A DNA stretch of 64,000 bases. Source: Alphaproteobacteria bacterium. Lineage in GTDB: Bacteria > Pseudomonadota > Alphaproteobacteria > Rhizobiales > Rhizobiaceae. How positions within the stretch are numbered: the first letter of the stretch is position 1; each line of letters begins with the position of its first letter. The stretch is from positions 21,698-85,697 of the forward strand of contig JANSYK010000005.1 in assembly GCA_024742485.1 (NCBI GenBank), in the 5' to 3' direction. Positions 53,346 through 62,008 of this stretch are shown in pieces. The notes below the pieces were generated by a model that was not told where the DNA came from, searched no databases, and saw only the letters and a program-made list of their open reading frames with translations. A program made the position numbers and the translations under genes.

Positions 53346-54985
53346 ACATCCTGTTCGTCATGTACGACCAGCTGCGCCACGATTACCTCAGCTGCGCAGG
53401 GCATCCGCATTTGCAGACACCCAATTTTGACCGGGTGGCGGCGATGGGCGTGCGGTTCTCCAACGCCTATGTTCAGTCCCCCGTGTGTGGATCGTCCCGG
53501 ATGAGTTTCTACACCGGTCGTTACGTGTCTTCACACGGCGCTCAATGGAACGGATTTCCATTGCGCGTCGGTGAACAGACGCTGGGCGACCATCTTCGGC
53601 GCGAGGGGATGGATTGCTGGCTGATCGGCAAGACCCATATGAAGGCAGATGCGGAAGGCATGCAGCGCCTCGGTCTGAGCCCCGACACGACGATTGGCGC
53701 CCGACAGGCCGAATGCGGCTTCGATACATGGATCCGCGATGACGGCTTGTGGGGCGAGGGGCCTGATGGGTTCTATGACGAAAAGCGCTCGCCCTATAAT
53801 GAGTATCTGAAATCAAAGGGTTATCCGTCGGACAATCCATGGGCTGATTTTGCCAATGCCGGTGTCGGTGATGATGGCAGCGTTGCTTCAGGCTGGATGT
53901 TTGCCAATGCCGACAAACCGGCCAATATTCGCGAGGAAGACAGCGAAACACCCTGGCTGACACAAAGAACGATGGAATTCATCGCCCAGGCAAAGGCACC
54001 CTGGTGCGCCCATGTCAGCTATATCAAGCCGCACTGGCCCTATATCGTTCCGGCGCCCTATCACGATCTCTACGGGCCCAACAATGTTCCGCAGGCCCAA
54101 CGCCATCCGGCGGAACGGGACGATCCTCATCCGGTCTACGGGGCCTATATGGAAGGGCCCATTGCCCAGTCCTTCCAGCGGGACGAGGTCCGCGAAAAGG
54201 TCATACCGGCCTATATGGGACTCATCAAACAATGCGATGACCAGTTGGGCGTGCTGCTGGATTTCCTTGAGGAGTCGGGGCGCCTGAACGAGACGATGAT
54301 CGTCCTGACCTCCGATCACGGCGATTATCTGGGCGACCATTGGATGGGTGAAAAGGATCTGTTCCATGAGCCCAGCGTCAAGATACCGCTGATCATCTTT
54401 GATCCACGGGGTCGGGCCGATGCATCCCGCGGTACCACCTGTGACGCGCTGGTCGAATCGATCGACGTGGCCGCCACCTTTGTCGAGGCGGCCGGCGGCA
54501 CGGTGCCGGATCACATTATCGAGGGGCGTTCCCTGCAGCCATGGCTTGATGGCAAGAAACCGCCTTGGCGCGAATTCGTGATCAGTGAATATGATTATTC
54601 CGCAACGCCTCAATGCGTAAAACTCGGACTGGAGCCCCGCGACGCACGGCTTTTCATGGTGTTCGACGGCCGCTTCAAGCTCATGCATGCGGAGGGCGGC
54701 TTCCGACCCATGCTGTTCGATCTGCAATCCGATCCACATGAGTTTCACGATCTGGCCAAGGGCAACGACCACCAGGCCGAGATCGACCGCCTCTATGACC
54801 ACCTTGCAAAATGGGGCCGGCGTCTCGCCCAGCGGGTTACACGCTCTGAAGATGACATCAAGGCCATGCGGGGTCGCTCGGCCCGCAAGGGAATCTTGCC
54901 ATTCCTCTATGACGGATCAGAAGTGCCTGAAGAGTTGACGGCCAGATACCGCGTACCGGCACCCCGGAAGATCGGGAGCAAATGA
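53342..54985 (+). CDS. Sulfatase-fold (alkaline-phosphatase superfamily) hydrolase, phosphonate-monoester-hydrolase/arylsulfatase-like
   Basis: MNILFVMYDQLRHDY..., nucleophile region SPVCGSSRMSFYTGR, LTSDHGDYLGDH. The track ORF starts earlier (53240), but the family N-terminus matches ATG 53342. Confidence 0.82.
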   Translation: MNILFVMYDQLRHDYLSCAGHPHLQTPNFDRVAAMGVRFSNAYVQSPVCGSSRMSFYTGRYVSSHGAQWNGFPLRVGEQTLGDHLRREGMDCWLIGKTHMKADAEGMQRLGLSPDTTIGARQAECGFDTWIRDDGLWGEGPDGFYDEKRSPYNEYLKSKGYPSDNPWADFANAGVGDDGSVASGWMFANADKPANIREEDSETPWLTQRTMEFIAQAKAPWCAHVSYIKPHWPYIVPAPYHDLYGPNNVPQAQRHPAERDDPHPVYGAYMEGPIAQSFQRDEVREKVIPAYMGLIKQCDDQLGVLLDFLEESGRLNETMIVLTSDHGDYLGDHWMGEKDLFHEPSVKIPLIIFDPRGRADASRGTTCDALVESIDVAATFVEAAGGTVPDHIIEGRSLQPWLDGKKPPWREFVISEYDYSATPQCVKLGLEPRDARLFMVFDGRFKLMHAEGGFRPMLFDLQSDPHEFHDLAKGNDHQAEIDRLYDHLAKWGRRLAQRVTRSEDDIKAMRGRSARKGILPFLYDGSEVPEELTARYRVPAPRKIGSK

Positions 54986-56250
54986 TGCCCAATCCAGCAC
55001 TGCTCGAACACGGCAGCCAATTCACGAAATCCGTCATCGCACTGGGTGATGGCATCTGGGGCGCCATCGGATTTGCCGCGTCCAATGTCTACATGATTGA
55101 AGGCGGGGCGAGCGTTACCATTATCGACACGACCGAGAGCACCAGCGCGGCCGAAAACATTCTGGCGGCGTTCCGCGCGAAGACGGACAAGCCGGTCGGG
55201 CGGATCATCTACACACACAGTCACCGGGACCATATTTCGGGTGCATCGGTTTTTGCCGGGGGCCGGGATATTCCCATCCTGGCCAGTGCCGCTTTTCAAT
55301 CGGATCTGATCGGCGTCGATGAAGGGGCCGTTGCACCGAACCAGGCCCTCGGCCGTCGCACCCAGGCCCAGTTTGGAATCGGTCTCAGTCCGCAGGAACG
55401 GATTTCCCTGGGATGCGGCCCGGGCGACCGCCCGATGGAGGGGCTGGGGGCCGGCTATCTTGAGCCGACACAGCGCATCGCATCGGATGGCGAGATCGAT
55501 CTCGACGGCGTCGCCGCGCAACTGATCATGGCGCCGGGAGAGACCAGGGACCACATGGTTGTCTGGCTGCCGTTGCAGAAGATACTGTTTTCCGGCGACA
55601 ACTGGTACCACGCATTTCCCAATCTCTATGCCATTCGCGGCACACCCTATCGGGATTTCGCGGCCTGGGCCGACAGCCTGGAACTGCTCGCCGGCCTTGG
55701 CGCCGACATCCTTGCTCCCGGTCACACCATGCCGGTACGCGGTGGGGACAAGGTTCAAGACGTGCTGACATCCACAAGGTCCGCAATCGACCACGTGATG
55801 AAGGTCACCGTCGAGGGCATGAATCAGGGCCTGTCCATGGACGACATTGCGGCATCGATTTCCCTTCCACCCGAACTGGCCGATCGGCCGTGGTTGCAGG
55901 AGTTCTATGGCAAGGTCGCATGGTCGGCCCGCGCTTTCGCAACCGGAACACTCGGCTGGTATGACGGCAACCCGACCCATCTGGGGACATTGTCATCCAA
56001 ACAGCGTGCTGAACATCTGGCCCGGCTGGCTGGCGGTGCGGCCAATTTGCTGAAGGCGGCAGAAACGACCGGAGACCTGCAGTGGCGGCTGGAACTGTGC
56101 GATCATCTGCTGGCACTGGGTGAGCCGGCAGAGGAGATCAAGGCACAGGCAATGACCGAACTCGCCGAGGGTGAAATCAATGCAACGGCGCGCAACACCT
56201 ACCTATGGGAAGCCAGGCGATTGCGCGGTGCTTCGGGGGGCGGTGTATGA
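54982..56250 (+). CDS. MBL-fold alkyl/aryl-sulfatase-like protein (MBL plus dimerisation domain, no SCP2 tail)
   Basis: HSHRDH metal motif. Alkyl-sulfatase dimerisation-like segment (LGWYDGNPTHLGTLSSKQRAEHLARLAGG). 422 aa. ATGA overlaps at both ends. Confidence 0.78.
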   Translation: MMPNPALLEHGSQFTKSVIALGDGIWGAIGFAASNVYMIEGGASVTIIDTTESTSAAENILAAFRAKTDKPVGRIIYTHSHRDHISGASVFAGGRDIPILASAAFQSDLIGVDEGAVAPNQALGRRTQAQFGIGLSPQERISLGCGPGDRPMEGLGAGYLEPTQRIASDGEIDLDGVAAQLIMAPGETRDHMVVWLPLQKILFSGDNWYHAFPNLYAIRGTPYRDFAAWADSLELLAGLGADILAPGHTMPVRGGDKVQDVLTSTRSAIDHVMKVTVEGMNQGLSMDDIAASISLPPELADRPWLQEFYGKVAWSARAFATGTLGWYDGNPTHLGTLSSKQRAEHLARLAGGAANLLKAAETTGDLQWRLELCDHLLALGEPAEEIKAQAMTELAEGEINATARNTYLWEARRLRGASGGGV

Positions 56251-58331
56251 CGGAACCCAATCCCATCGAGGTCAAAACGGCAAACCTCATTGCCTTCACT
56301 TTCGTCTTCGTCATCCTGATCTACGCGGCATCGGGTCCACTGACCGAATTTGTCCGCTGGTTCATCGAAACGACGACGGCGAATTTCGAGGAACTTTCGC
56401 GACGTGAGCAGCGTGTGCTGTTGAGAGAGCACTGGATGGGCGCTGCCTACAAGGGGTTTGAACGGGCGTTCCTGTTGCCGACGGGGTTGATCCTCGGCCT
56501 GCCGATCATCTTTGCCTTTGCCATTTCGTTTCTGTCGCTGCCCTATTCCTGGCGCTGGCTCAACTGGGTTCTGGCGGCACTGGCAACCGTGACTTTCCTG
56601 GCATGGGTGGTCAAGCTCTTCGCGGTTGATGGCGGTGCACTGCCATCCGCGCAGCCTATCGACTTTGTGATGTTTCCCATCGCCACGGTATTGACGCTTT
56701 ACCTGACATGGCGGTTTTTCGGCACATTCATAGTCGGCTTCTGCATTTTCTGGATTGTCTACTTTTTTGTTCGCGGTCTGCTGCCGTCCTGGACGGGAAT
56801 TCTGGCGGGATCGGAAAGCAGTTTCGACCAGTCCATGCGATCCATGGTTCTGAATTTCTGGGCCCAGACCGGAGGCATGTTCGGCCAACCTTTGCAGGTG
56901 GTCTCCGGCAACGTGCTGATCTTCATCGTCTTTGGTGCGGTGTTGATGGCATCCGGTGCCGGCAACCTTCTCATGAAGATCGCCAATCTCCTGACCGGCC
57001 GCTTTACCGGTGGTGCCGCCCATGCCGCGGTGGCCTCGTCAGCGCTGTTCGGCACACTGAGCGGTGCAGCGATATCCAATGTCGTGTCGACCGGTGTCAT
57101 GACCATTCCGGTGATCAAGAAGGCCGGGTTCAAGCCGGCCTTTGCAGCTGCGGTCGAAGCGGCAGCCTCCACCGGCGGCCAGGTGATGCCGCCTGTCATG
57201 GGTGTGGTCGCGTTCTTCGTTGCAGGCCAAATCGGACTGGAATACCGCTACATCGTCGTGGCGGCGATCCTGCCGGCAATCTTCTTTTATCTCGGCACGT
57301 TTCTGACCGTCTACTTTGAAGCCCGCCGCCAGGGCGTTGGCCCACTGCCGGCGGAAACCAGACAGAAACTGACACGGCGTGAACTGCTCCAATGCCTTGT
57401 CTTCATATTGCCGCTCGGCGTGCTGAGCTATTTCCTTTTCGTCCAGCCATCCGTCCCGAAGGCCGGATTCTACGGTTTCATAACGGCCATTGTCTGTTCG
57501 CTGGCATTGTTTCCCGAATTCCGGTCCTGGAGCAAACTCTATGGCGCATTTGTCAGCGCCGGACGCATGTCCGCCTCGATTGTGGTGATTGTTACGGCCA
57601 TCGGCCTGATTGTCGGCCTGATCCAGGTCTCCGGTTTTTCCGGCCGCCTTTCTCTGCTCCTGGCACAACTTGCATCGGGGCCGTTGTTTGGAACGCTTGT
57701 GGTCGTCGCCGGCGGAGCCATCGTCCTCGGCATGGGATTGCCGCCCGGCGCGACCTATTTCATCATCGTCATTGCGCTGAGTTCGGGGATCGATGCGGTC
57801 GGGGTCGCGCCGCTGACGCTGCACCTCTTCGTGGTCTTCTTTGCTGTCATATCCACCGTGACGCCACCGGTTGCGCTGGCGGCCTTCGCAGCCGCGCCGA
57901 TCGCCCAGGCAGACCCGGTGAGAACCGGCTTTCAGGCGGCGCGCCTTTCATTGGCCGGCTTCATCATCCCCTTCGTTTTCGTCTATCACCCGGCGGTTCT
58001 GTACAAATTGCAGGTTCTGTTCGAATGGTTTGGCGGCGAGTTGCCAACATCAAAGGCGATGATCGATCTTGCGACTGTCAGCTGGTTCGATTTCGGATGG
58101 ATTGTCCTGGCCTTCACAGTGTCGATGTGGCTTTTGACGTCGGCCCTGTCCGGTTACGAAAAGAACCGCCTGATGGGCTTTGAGCGCGTCGCCCGGGTGA
58201 TCGCGGGCTTTGCCATACTGTTTCCGAATCCAACCATCGCCGGACCGGCGTTCATCCTATCGATCCTGCTGATCGTCGGGCATCGATTCCTGAAAGGAGA
58301 ACGATCTCCTGTCGACACGATGTCGGCATAA
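56247..58331 (+). CDS. TAXI-type TRAP transporter fused permease (DctQ-DctM fusion)
   Basis: About 695-aa polytopic membrane protein followed by a TAXI receptor gene. The ATG at 56247 overlaps the upstream stop (ATGA). Confidence 0.85.
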   Translation: MTEPNPIEVKTANLIAFTFVFVILIYAASGPLTEFVRWFIETTTANFEELSRREQRVLLREHWMGAAYKGFERAFLLPTGLILGLPIIFAFAISFLSLPYSWRWLNWVLAALATVTFLAWVVKLFAVDGGALPSAQPIDFVMFPIATVLTLYLTWRFFGTFIVGFCIFWIVYFFVRGLLPSWTGILAGSESSFDQSMRSMVLNFWAQTGGMFGQPLQVVSGNVLIFIVFGAVLMASGAGNLLMKIANLLTGRFTGGAAHAAVASSALFGTLSGAAISNVVSTGVMTIPVIKKAGFKPAFAAAVEAAASTGGQVMPPVMGVVAFFVAGQIGLEYRYIVVAAILPAIFFYLGTFLTVYFEARRQGVGPLPAETRQKLTRRELLQCLVFILPLGVLSYFLFVQPSVPKAGFYGFITAIVCSLALFPEFRSWSKLYGAFVSAGRMSASIVVIVTAIGLIVGLIQVSGFSGRLSLLLAQLASGPLFGTLVVVAGGAIVLGMGLPPGATYFIIVIALSSGIDAVGVAPLTLHLFVVFFAVISTVTPPVALAAFAAAPIAQADPVRTGFQAARLSLAGFIIPFVFVYHPAVLYKLQVLFEWFGGELPTSKAMIDLATVSWFDFGWIVLAFTVSMWLLTSALSGYEKNRLMGFERVARVIAGFAILFPNPTIAGPAFILSILLIVGHRFLKGERSPVDTMSA

Positions 58332-58363
58332 ACACCCACGCATCAATCCAGGGAGGATACTTC

Positions 58364-59341
58364 ATGCGTAAACTGACCGCCGCCGCCATTGCGGCACTGA
58401 CCCTCGCGTCTCCATCTCTTGCAGAGGACCAGACGCTCAAGATGGCGACGATTGCGCCAAGCCTGGGGCAGGCCATCACCATGGCGACCGTCGCCAATGT
58501 CGTGTCCGACAATGTTGACGGCATTTCCGTAGAGGTTTCGGGCGGTGGAGCCGCAACGCTGCATCAGATGGAAGTCGCCCGTGGAAATCTCGACATGGCG
58601 ATGACCAGTCCCGTCATCTACAATCTCATGGCCGCCGGCAAGGCCATGTACAAGAACGAGCCTGAGGCATCGGAACTGGCGAAGAATGTCAGGCTGCTGA
58701 TGTGGTTCCCCTATGGGGGCTATCATTTTGCGGTTCGTGCCGATAGCGATATCCAGGTGCTGGACGATATTGAAGGCACCTCGGTCTTTCTCGGGCCGCA
58801 GGGTGGCGGTGCCTACAATGCTGCCCGTGGCTGGGTCGAATCGACGACCGGGCTCGCGGCTGGTGATGACTACGAAGCCATCAAGGCGAACTGGCAAACC
58901 GGCTATCAGGCGTTTCTGGACGGCAAGATTGATGTCTATGTCAATGGCTGTCTCGACCCGTGCGGTCAGTTCATCCAGTTTACCGAAACCGAGGATCTGC
59001 GGTTCATCGGCCCGGAAGATGCCTCCGGCGAGGCCGTTGACAAATGGCTGGGCAAGTGGCGCTACCGTACCGAAATCCCGGCCGGTCTTTACGAGGGTCA
59101 GAAGAACGATGGACCGGTCGTGTCCTTCGACACGGCGGTCGGCATCGCCATCCGCGCCGATCTTGATGACGAGACCGTCTACAAGATCACCAAGGCTTTC
59201 TGGGACAATATCGGACAGGTCACATCTGATGCGCCCTGGGCCAAGGCGCTCAATGTCGAGTTCGCGGCCTCCAAGCGCGGTCTGATGGAACTGCATCCGG
59301 GAGCCGAGCGCTATTACCGGGAAGCCGGTGTACTGAAATAG
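58364..59341 (+). CDS. TAXI-family TRAP solute receptor
   Basis: Signal peptide (AAAIAALTLASPSLA). C-terminal LHPGAERYYREAG motif typical of TAXI/NMT1-like receptors. SD GGGAGGA. Confidence 0.85.
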   Translation: MRKLTAAAIAALTLASPSLAEDQTLKMATIAPSLGQAITMATVANVVSDNVDGISVEVSGGGAATLHQMEVARGNLDMAMTSPVIYNLMAAGKAMYKNEPEASELAKNVRLLMWFPYGGYHFAVRADSDIQVLDDIEGTSVFLGPQGGGAYNAARGWVESTTGLAAGDDYEAIKANWQTGYQAFLDGKIDVYVNGCLDPCGQFIQFTETEDLRFIGPEDASGEAVDKWLGKWRYRTEIPAGLYEGQKNDGPVVSFDTAVGIAIRADLDDETVYKITKAFWDNIGQVTSDAPWAKALNVEFAASKRGLMELHPGAERYYREAGVLK

Positions 59342-59350
59342 ATAAGATCA

Positions 59351-59378
59351 CTGCGGGGAACCATCTGGCTCCCCGCAG
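59351..59378 (+). terminator. Perfect 9-bp stem hairpin just after the TAXI receptor gene (attenuator or mRNA-stabiliser candidate)
   Basis: CTGCGGGGA-N10-TCCCCGCAG, 10 nt after the stop. No U-run. Confidence 0.4.
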
Positions 59379-59434
59379 CGAGAACGACCGCCAATCAAAC
59401 CAACTTTAACAATCGCCTGGGAAGGAACCGAACC

Positions 59435-60202
59435 ATGCGGGTCGCATTAACCGGCGGGGCAACGGGTATCGGCGCGGCGGTGGCCGCCAAATTGAAGTCC
59501 AGGGGAGCGACGGTTATTGCCTTCGATCTCCACGAGCCACAGTCCAATGTCGACCGCTGGATCGCCGTCGACCTCGGCGACCCGGTCTCCATTGTAAAGG
59601 CTGTCGAAGCGGCCGATGGCCCCTTTGATGCGCTGATCAACAATGCAGGCCTGCCACCGCGACCCGGCCTGGAGGAGACCATCCTTTCGGTGAACTTCCT
59701 GGGCATGGTCCGCTTCACGGACGCCATGTTGCCTGGGCTCAAAAAGGGCAGTGCCGTGGTCAATACAGCCTCCCGTGCCGGGGCGGCCTGGCGCGAAAAT
59801 ATCGAGCAGGTCAAGGCACTGATGGCGCTACGAGAGCCGGCAGACCTTTCCTCCTTTATCGGCGAGAATGAAATCGATCACATCCGCGCGTACAATTTGT
59901 CCAAGGAGGCCGTCATCGTCTGGGGAATGGCGCAAACCGAGCGCCTGATCGCTACGGACCTGCGCATGAACTCGGTAAGCCCCGCAGCGGTCAGTACCGG
60001 CATATTGGACGATTTTGAAGCGGCGTTTGGCGAACGAATGGCGAAGAATGTCGCGCGAGTCGGTCGTCCCGGATATCCTGAAGAAGTGGCTGACCTGATT
60101 GTCTTCCTGGCATCCGATGAAAGCCGCTGGCTCAAGGGCAATGACTTTGCAATCGACGGCGGAATGTCGGCGCTGGCGACGGTCGATCAACTCGGTCTTT
60201 AA
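59435..60202 (+). CDS. Short-chain dehydrogenase/reductase (3-alpha-hydroxysteroid-dehydrogenase-like subgroup)
   Basis: TGGATGIGAA motif and YNLSKEA catalytic motif. 255 aa. Confidence 0.82.
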   Translation: MRVALTGGATGIGAAVAAKLKSRGATVIAFDLHEPQSNVDRWIAVDLGDPVSIVKAVEAADGPFDALINNAGLPPRPGLEETILSVNFLGMVRFTDAMLPGLKKGSAVVNTASRAGAAWRENIEQVKALMALREPADLSSFIGENEIDHIRAYNLSKEAVIVWGMAQTERLIATDLRMNSVSPAAVSTGILDDFEAAFGERMAKNVARVGRPGYPEEVADLIVFLASDESRWLKGNDFAIDGGMSALATVDQLGL

Positions 60203-61020
60203 TCGGCCTTTTCCTTTTCCGGTTTCGCCCGGTCTGTGCCGTCCAGGTCAGTCTCGATCCTGGAAACCGTCTCGGAGAGTTCGCCAAGATATTTTCCGGC
60301 AAACTCCGATGCGGAAAGAAATTCCCTCGGCCACAACAGTGACACGCCACCGCAAACCTCACCCTCCCTTCGCAGCGGCAGGGCAATCGCGGACAATTTG
60401 TCGTTCACCACCGTTTCGCCGAGATAGTTGGGGTTGCGCACGCCATAACCGATTTTGCGGGCATTGCTCAGGTGATCCTGGAGTTTCTTCCAGGTGATTC
60501 CAAAACGGCCGGGACGGAATCGGTGTTCCATATCGGGAGAGCGAAACAACTGGCGAACCTGCTCTGTGTCCATCTGGGCCAGGCAGGCGGTCCCGGTCGC
60601 GCATCCGAATATGTTGAGCCGACGATCGACCTGTCCCTGATAAAGGCTGAACGGGCTGACGGCGCGGGTCGATTCCACGATGCGCATCCAGTGTTTTTCG
60701 AAGATATGGATGTCCGACGGCCAGCCGATTTTCTTGGTCATGGTCAGGGCGTGTGCCAGGCCAATATCCGCTACCTGTGCGAGGCCGGGAGGCACGGGGC
60801 TGATTGAGATATCGGGCAGCGTGACCGTCACCCGATAGAGCTTGTCGGAGAGAGACCGCCGGACGAAGCGCCGCGAGGCCAGTGTGGCCAGCAAGCGGCG
60901 AAGGGTCGATTTCGGCAAACCCGTTTCCCGGTGGATTTCGCTGAGCGACATGGCCCGGTGCCGGGCCAGTGTTTCTAGCACGATCAGGCCGCGCTCCAGC
61001 GATCTGTTTTCCTTCAGCAT
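60199..61020 (-). CDS. IclR-family transcriptional regulator
   Basis: N-terminal HTH (RGLIVLETLARHRAMSLSEIHRETGLPKSTLRRLLATL) plus an IclR effector domain. The stop overlaps the SDR stop in the palindrome TTAA. Confidence 0.88.
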   Translation of the reverse strand: MLKENRSLERGLIVLETLARHRAMSLSEIHRETGLPKSTLRRLLATLASRRFVRRSLSDKLYRVTVTLPDISISPVPPGLAQVADIGLAHALTMTKKIGWPSDIHIFEKHWMRIVESTRAVSPFSLYQGQVDRRLNIFGCATGTACLAQMDTEQVRQLFRSPDMEHRFRPGRFGITWKKLQDHLSNARKIGYGVRNPNYLGETVVNDKLSAIALPLRREGEVCGGVSLLWPREFLSASEFAGKYLGELSETVSRIETDLDGTDRAKPEKEKAD

Positions 61021-61029
61021 GATCCGATT

Positions 61030-61046
61030 GTGCCACTCTATGGCAC
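61030..61046. promoter_or_regulatory. Palindrome GTGCCA-CTCTA-TGGCAC immediately upstream of the IclR gene
   Basis: Perfect 6-bp arms, 10-26 bp before the ATG at 61020. Same architecture as 53230-53246. Confidence 0.55.
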
Positions 61047-61121
61047 GGTGTCAATTTCCTGCAAGCGCACGGGGCGCACTATGGATTTTCGCGCTGCCGG
61101 ACAGGCAGCAGGTAATTTTCA

Positions 61122-61153
61122 GAAATTTTCATCTTGTGAAAATTGAAAATATC
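61122..61153 (+). promoter_or_regulatory. AT-rich conserved motif (copy 1) GAAATTTTCATCTTGTGAAAATTGAAAATATC upstream of the SDR at 61202
   Basis: Contains the inverted repeat AATTTTC-N7-GAAAATT. Followed by TATAAT at 61158-61163. Close match to 62936-62969. Confidence 0.5.
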
Positions 61154-61201
61154 GATCTATAATTCCGTTCGGGAGCGCGAAATGGGAGGAGCAGGGCCGC
61201 A

Positions 61202-61987
61202 ATGGAGGCGCGGGTTGACGGCAAGATCATCCTGATTACCGGCTCGACCCAGGGCATCGGCCGGGCGATTGCCCTTGAATGCGCCCAAAGCGGCGCCGAG
61301 GCCATCGTTGTTTCGGGACGCAATACCGAGGCGGGGAAAGCCGTCGTTGACGAGCTCACTGCCTTGGGAGCCAGAGCGTTCATGGTGGCCGAAGACCTGT
61401 CCGACGAGGGAGCGGCAGAGCGCCTGTTCGACGCGGCAATCGGTCACTTCGGACGGCTCGACGCCCTGGTGAACTCCGCCGGTCTGACCACACGCGGCTC
61501 CACGGTCGATGCAAGCCGCGACCTCTGGCGCGATCTGTTTCAGGTCAATGCAAAAGAGCCGTTTTTCCTGATGCAGCGAATGGTCAATACATTGCGCGCG
61601 GAAAACAGGCCGGGTGACATCCTCAACATTCTGTCCATGAATGTCCATGGTGGGGCCGGAGAGCTGACCGTCTACTCGGCGACCAAGGCCGCCTTGTCGC
61701 TGATCACCAAAAACGCCGCGCATCAGCATCGCTATGACCGTATTCGCATCAATGGCATCAATGTCGGATGGACAGACACGCCGGCCGAAAGAAAGATGCA
61801 GGCGGACATTCTGGGCAAGGGAGACCAGTGGCTGGCCGAGGCATCTGCACGCCAGCCATTCGGCCGGCTTTTGACCGCGCAGGACGTCGCGAGATTGTCC
61901 GTCTACCTGCTGAGCGATGTTTCCAGTCCCATCACCGGGTCCATCATCGATCAGGAACAATGGGTGTCCGGGGGCGTGGACGGATGA
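61202..61987 (+). CDS. Short-chain dehydrogenase/reductase
   Basis: TGSTQGIGRA motif, catalytic YSATKAA. 261 aa. Confidence 0.85.
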   Translation: MEARVDGKIILITGSTQGIGRAIALECAQSGAEAIVVSGRNTEAGKAVVDELTALGARAFMVAEDLSDEGAAERLFDAAIGHFGRLDALVNSAGLTTRGSTVDASRDLWRDLFQVNAKEPFFLMQRMVNTLRAENRPGDILNILSMNVHGGAGELTVYSATKAALSLITKNAAHQHRYDRIRINGINVGWTDTPAERKMQADILGKGDQWLAEASARQPFGRLLTAQDVARLSVYLLSDVSSPITGSIIDQEQWVSGGVDG

Positions 61988-62008
61988 CGGAATTCACAGA
62001 GTGCGATC

